DNA of 63,670 nucleotides, the filler included, from Octopus bimaculoides (lineage: Eukaryota): NCBI RefSeq assembly GCF_001194135.2. It is 6 parts of 6 records of this genome, joined end to end, with 100 filler letters (N's around TTAATTAATTAA, not from the genome) between each part and the next. Parts side by side here need not be neighbours in the genome. Positions count along the whole stretch, not along the records: positions 61,430 to 63,670 come from NW_026348761.1; 5 more parts are not named here. One strand, 5' to 3'. Numbering within the stretch: the stretch's first letter is position 1; the number at the start of each line of letters is the position of its first letter. Both the position numbers and the translations under genes were made by a program. The notes beneath the pieces were generated by a model. The model had not been told where the DNA came from, did not search any database, and saw only the letters and a list, made by a program, of their open reading frames with translations. This document shows, in pieces, positions 62,451 through 63,670 of the stretch.

Positions 62451-63670
62451 AACAAGGGTTCGGCAAAAGGGTCCGGTAGAATAAGTTCCAGGGTTTAAAA
62501 AAATACGTGCACGTATACGTATTTTTGAATAGAATTGATTTTCGATAGTTTTAATCAATTTAAATATTTTTTTATTTGAAAATTTGGTTATGAAACACGT
62601 GTAGTCGTTNNNNNNNNNNNNNNNNNNNNNNNNNNNNNNNNNNNNNNNNNNNNNNNNNNNNNNNNNNNNNNNNNNNNNNNNNNNNNNNNNNNNNNNNNNN
62701 NNNNNNNNNNNNNNNNNNNNNNNNNNNNNNNNNNNNNNNNNNNNNNNNNNNNNNNNNNNNNNNNNNNNNNNNNNNNNNNNNNNNNNNNNNNNNNNNNNNN
62801 NNNNNNNNNNNNNNNNNNNNNNNNNNNNNNNNNNNNNNNNNNNNNNNNNNNNNNNNNNNNNNNNNNNNNNNNNNNNNNNNNNNNNNNNNNNNNNNNNNNN
62901 NNNNNNNNNNNNNNNNNNNNNNNNNNNNNNNNNNNNNNNNNNNNNNNNNNNNNNNNNNNNNNNNNNNNNNNNNNNNNNNNNNNNNNNNNNNNNNNNNNNN
63001 NNNNNNNNNNNNNNNNNNNNNNNNNNNNNNNNNNNNNNNNNNNNNNNNNNNNNNNNNNNNNNNNNNNNNNNNNNNNNNNNNNNNNNNNNNNNNNNNNNNN
63101 NNNNNNNNNNNNNNNNNNNNNNNNNNNNNNNNNNNNNNNNNNNNNNNNNNNNNNNNNNNNNNNNNNNNNNNNNNNNNNNNNNNNNNNNNNNNNNNNNNAT
63201 ATATATATATATATACATACGTAAATAAATAAACAAATACAAAATCGCTGGCGGCAGAAAAAAGGTCACGTGGTACACTTCCGACATTGTTTTTCACCTC
63301 AGATAATAGCTTGGTAAGTGTGGAATAATTTGTATGACAAAGCTTTTGTTAAAGTCAGTTATCCTTTCACTACGATCAAATATTTTACAGTAGGACTATA
63401 TAATTTACAAACAAAAGCAATACTTAGCTGTTTTGCTCGCTTCGGCGTCGGTGTCGCCATCGTCTGCTTTCTCCTTCTTTCTTTGTCGTCGTCTTCTGAT
63501 GTTTTAATTGTATATTAATTCTCTTGGAAATTAATTTGGGTAAATCTATAAATTGTTCCATTAATTTATTTGTTTTAGAGAATTCAGAATTCATTTCTTC
63601 TGTTATTTGTTAATTTGGAACAAAAGTGTGTATGTATGTATGTATGTATGTATGTATGTATGTATGTATG

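Overview
AT-rich, microsatellite-dense eukaryotic genomic DNA with many assembly gaps. The SINE families, the microsatellite load and a TTAGGG block point to a coleoid cephalopod, most likely Octopus (my recognition of the repeats, not a database result). No intact protein-coding gene is recognisable, and almost all ORFs in the track are simple-repeat or N-gap artefacts. The real coding signal comes from decayed transposons: R4/Dong-type, CR1, RTE and Tx1/L1 LINEs, two Penelope-like GIY-YIG ends, mariner (D34D), Tc1 (D34E), two Tigger/pogo copies, an internally deleted piggyBac and a Helitron remnant, plus many copies of two tRNA-derived SINEs. Four observations stand out. (1) A short dispersed repeat (3.3 kb, 51.3 kb, 51.7 kb) folds as a minimal type-I hammerhead ribozyme with an unusual compensatory G3-C8 core (GUGAACA instead of CUGANGA) and a palindromic helix III. 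(2) (AAT)n tracts act as shared, orientation-consistent landing pads for Dong LINEs, a 560-bp element and a SINE. (3) Copies of the same repeats are CpG-decayed left of ~23.2 kb and CpG-retaining right of it, suggesting a methylated gene body on the left with a few candidate minus-strand exons. (4) A 515-bp foldback could form dsRNA.
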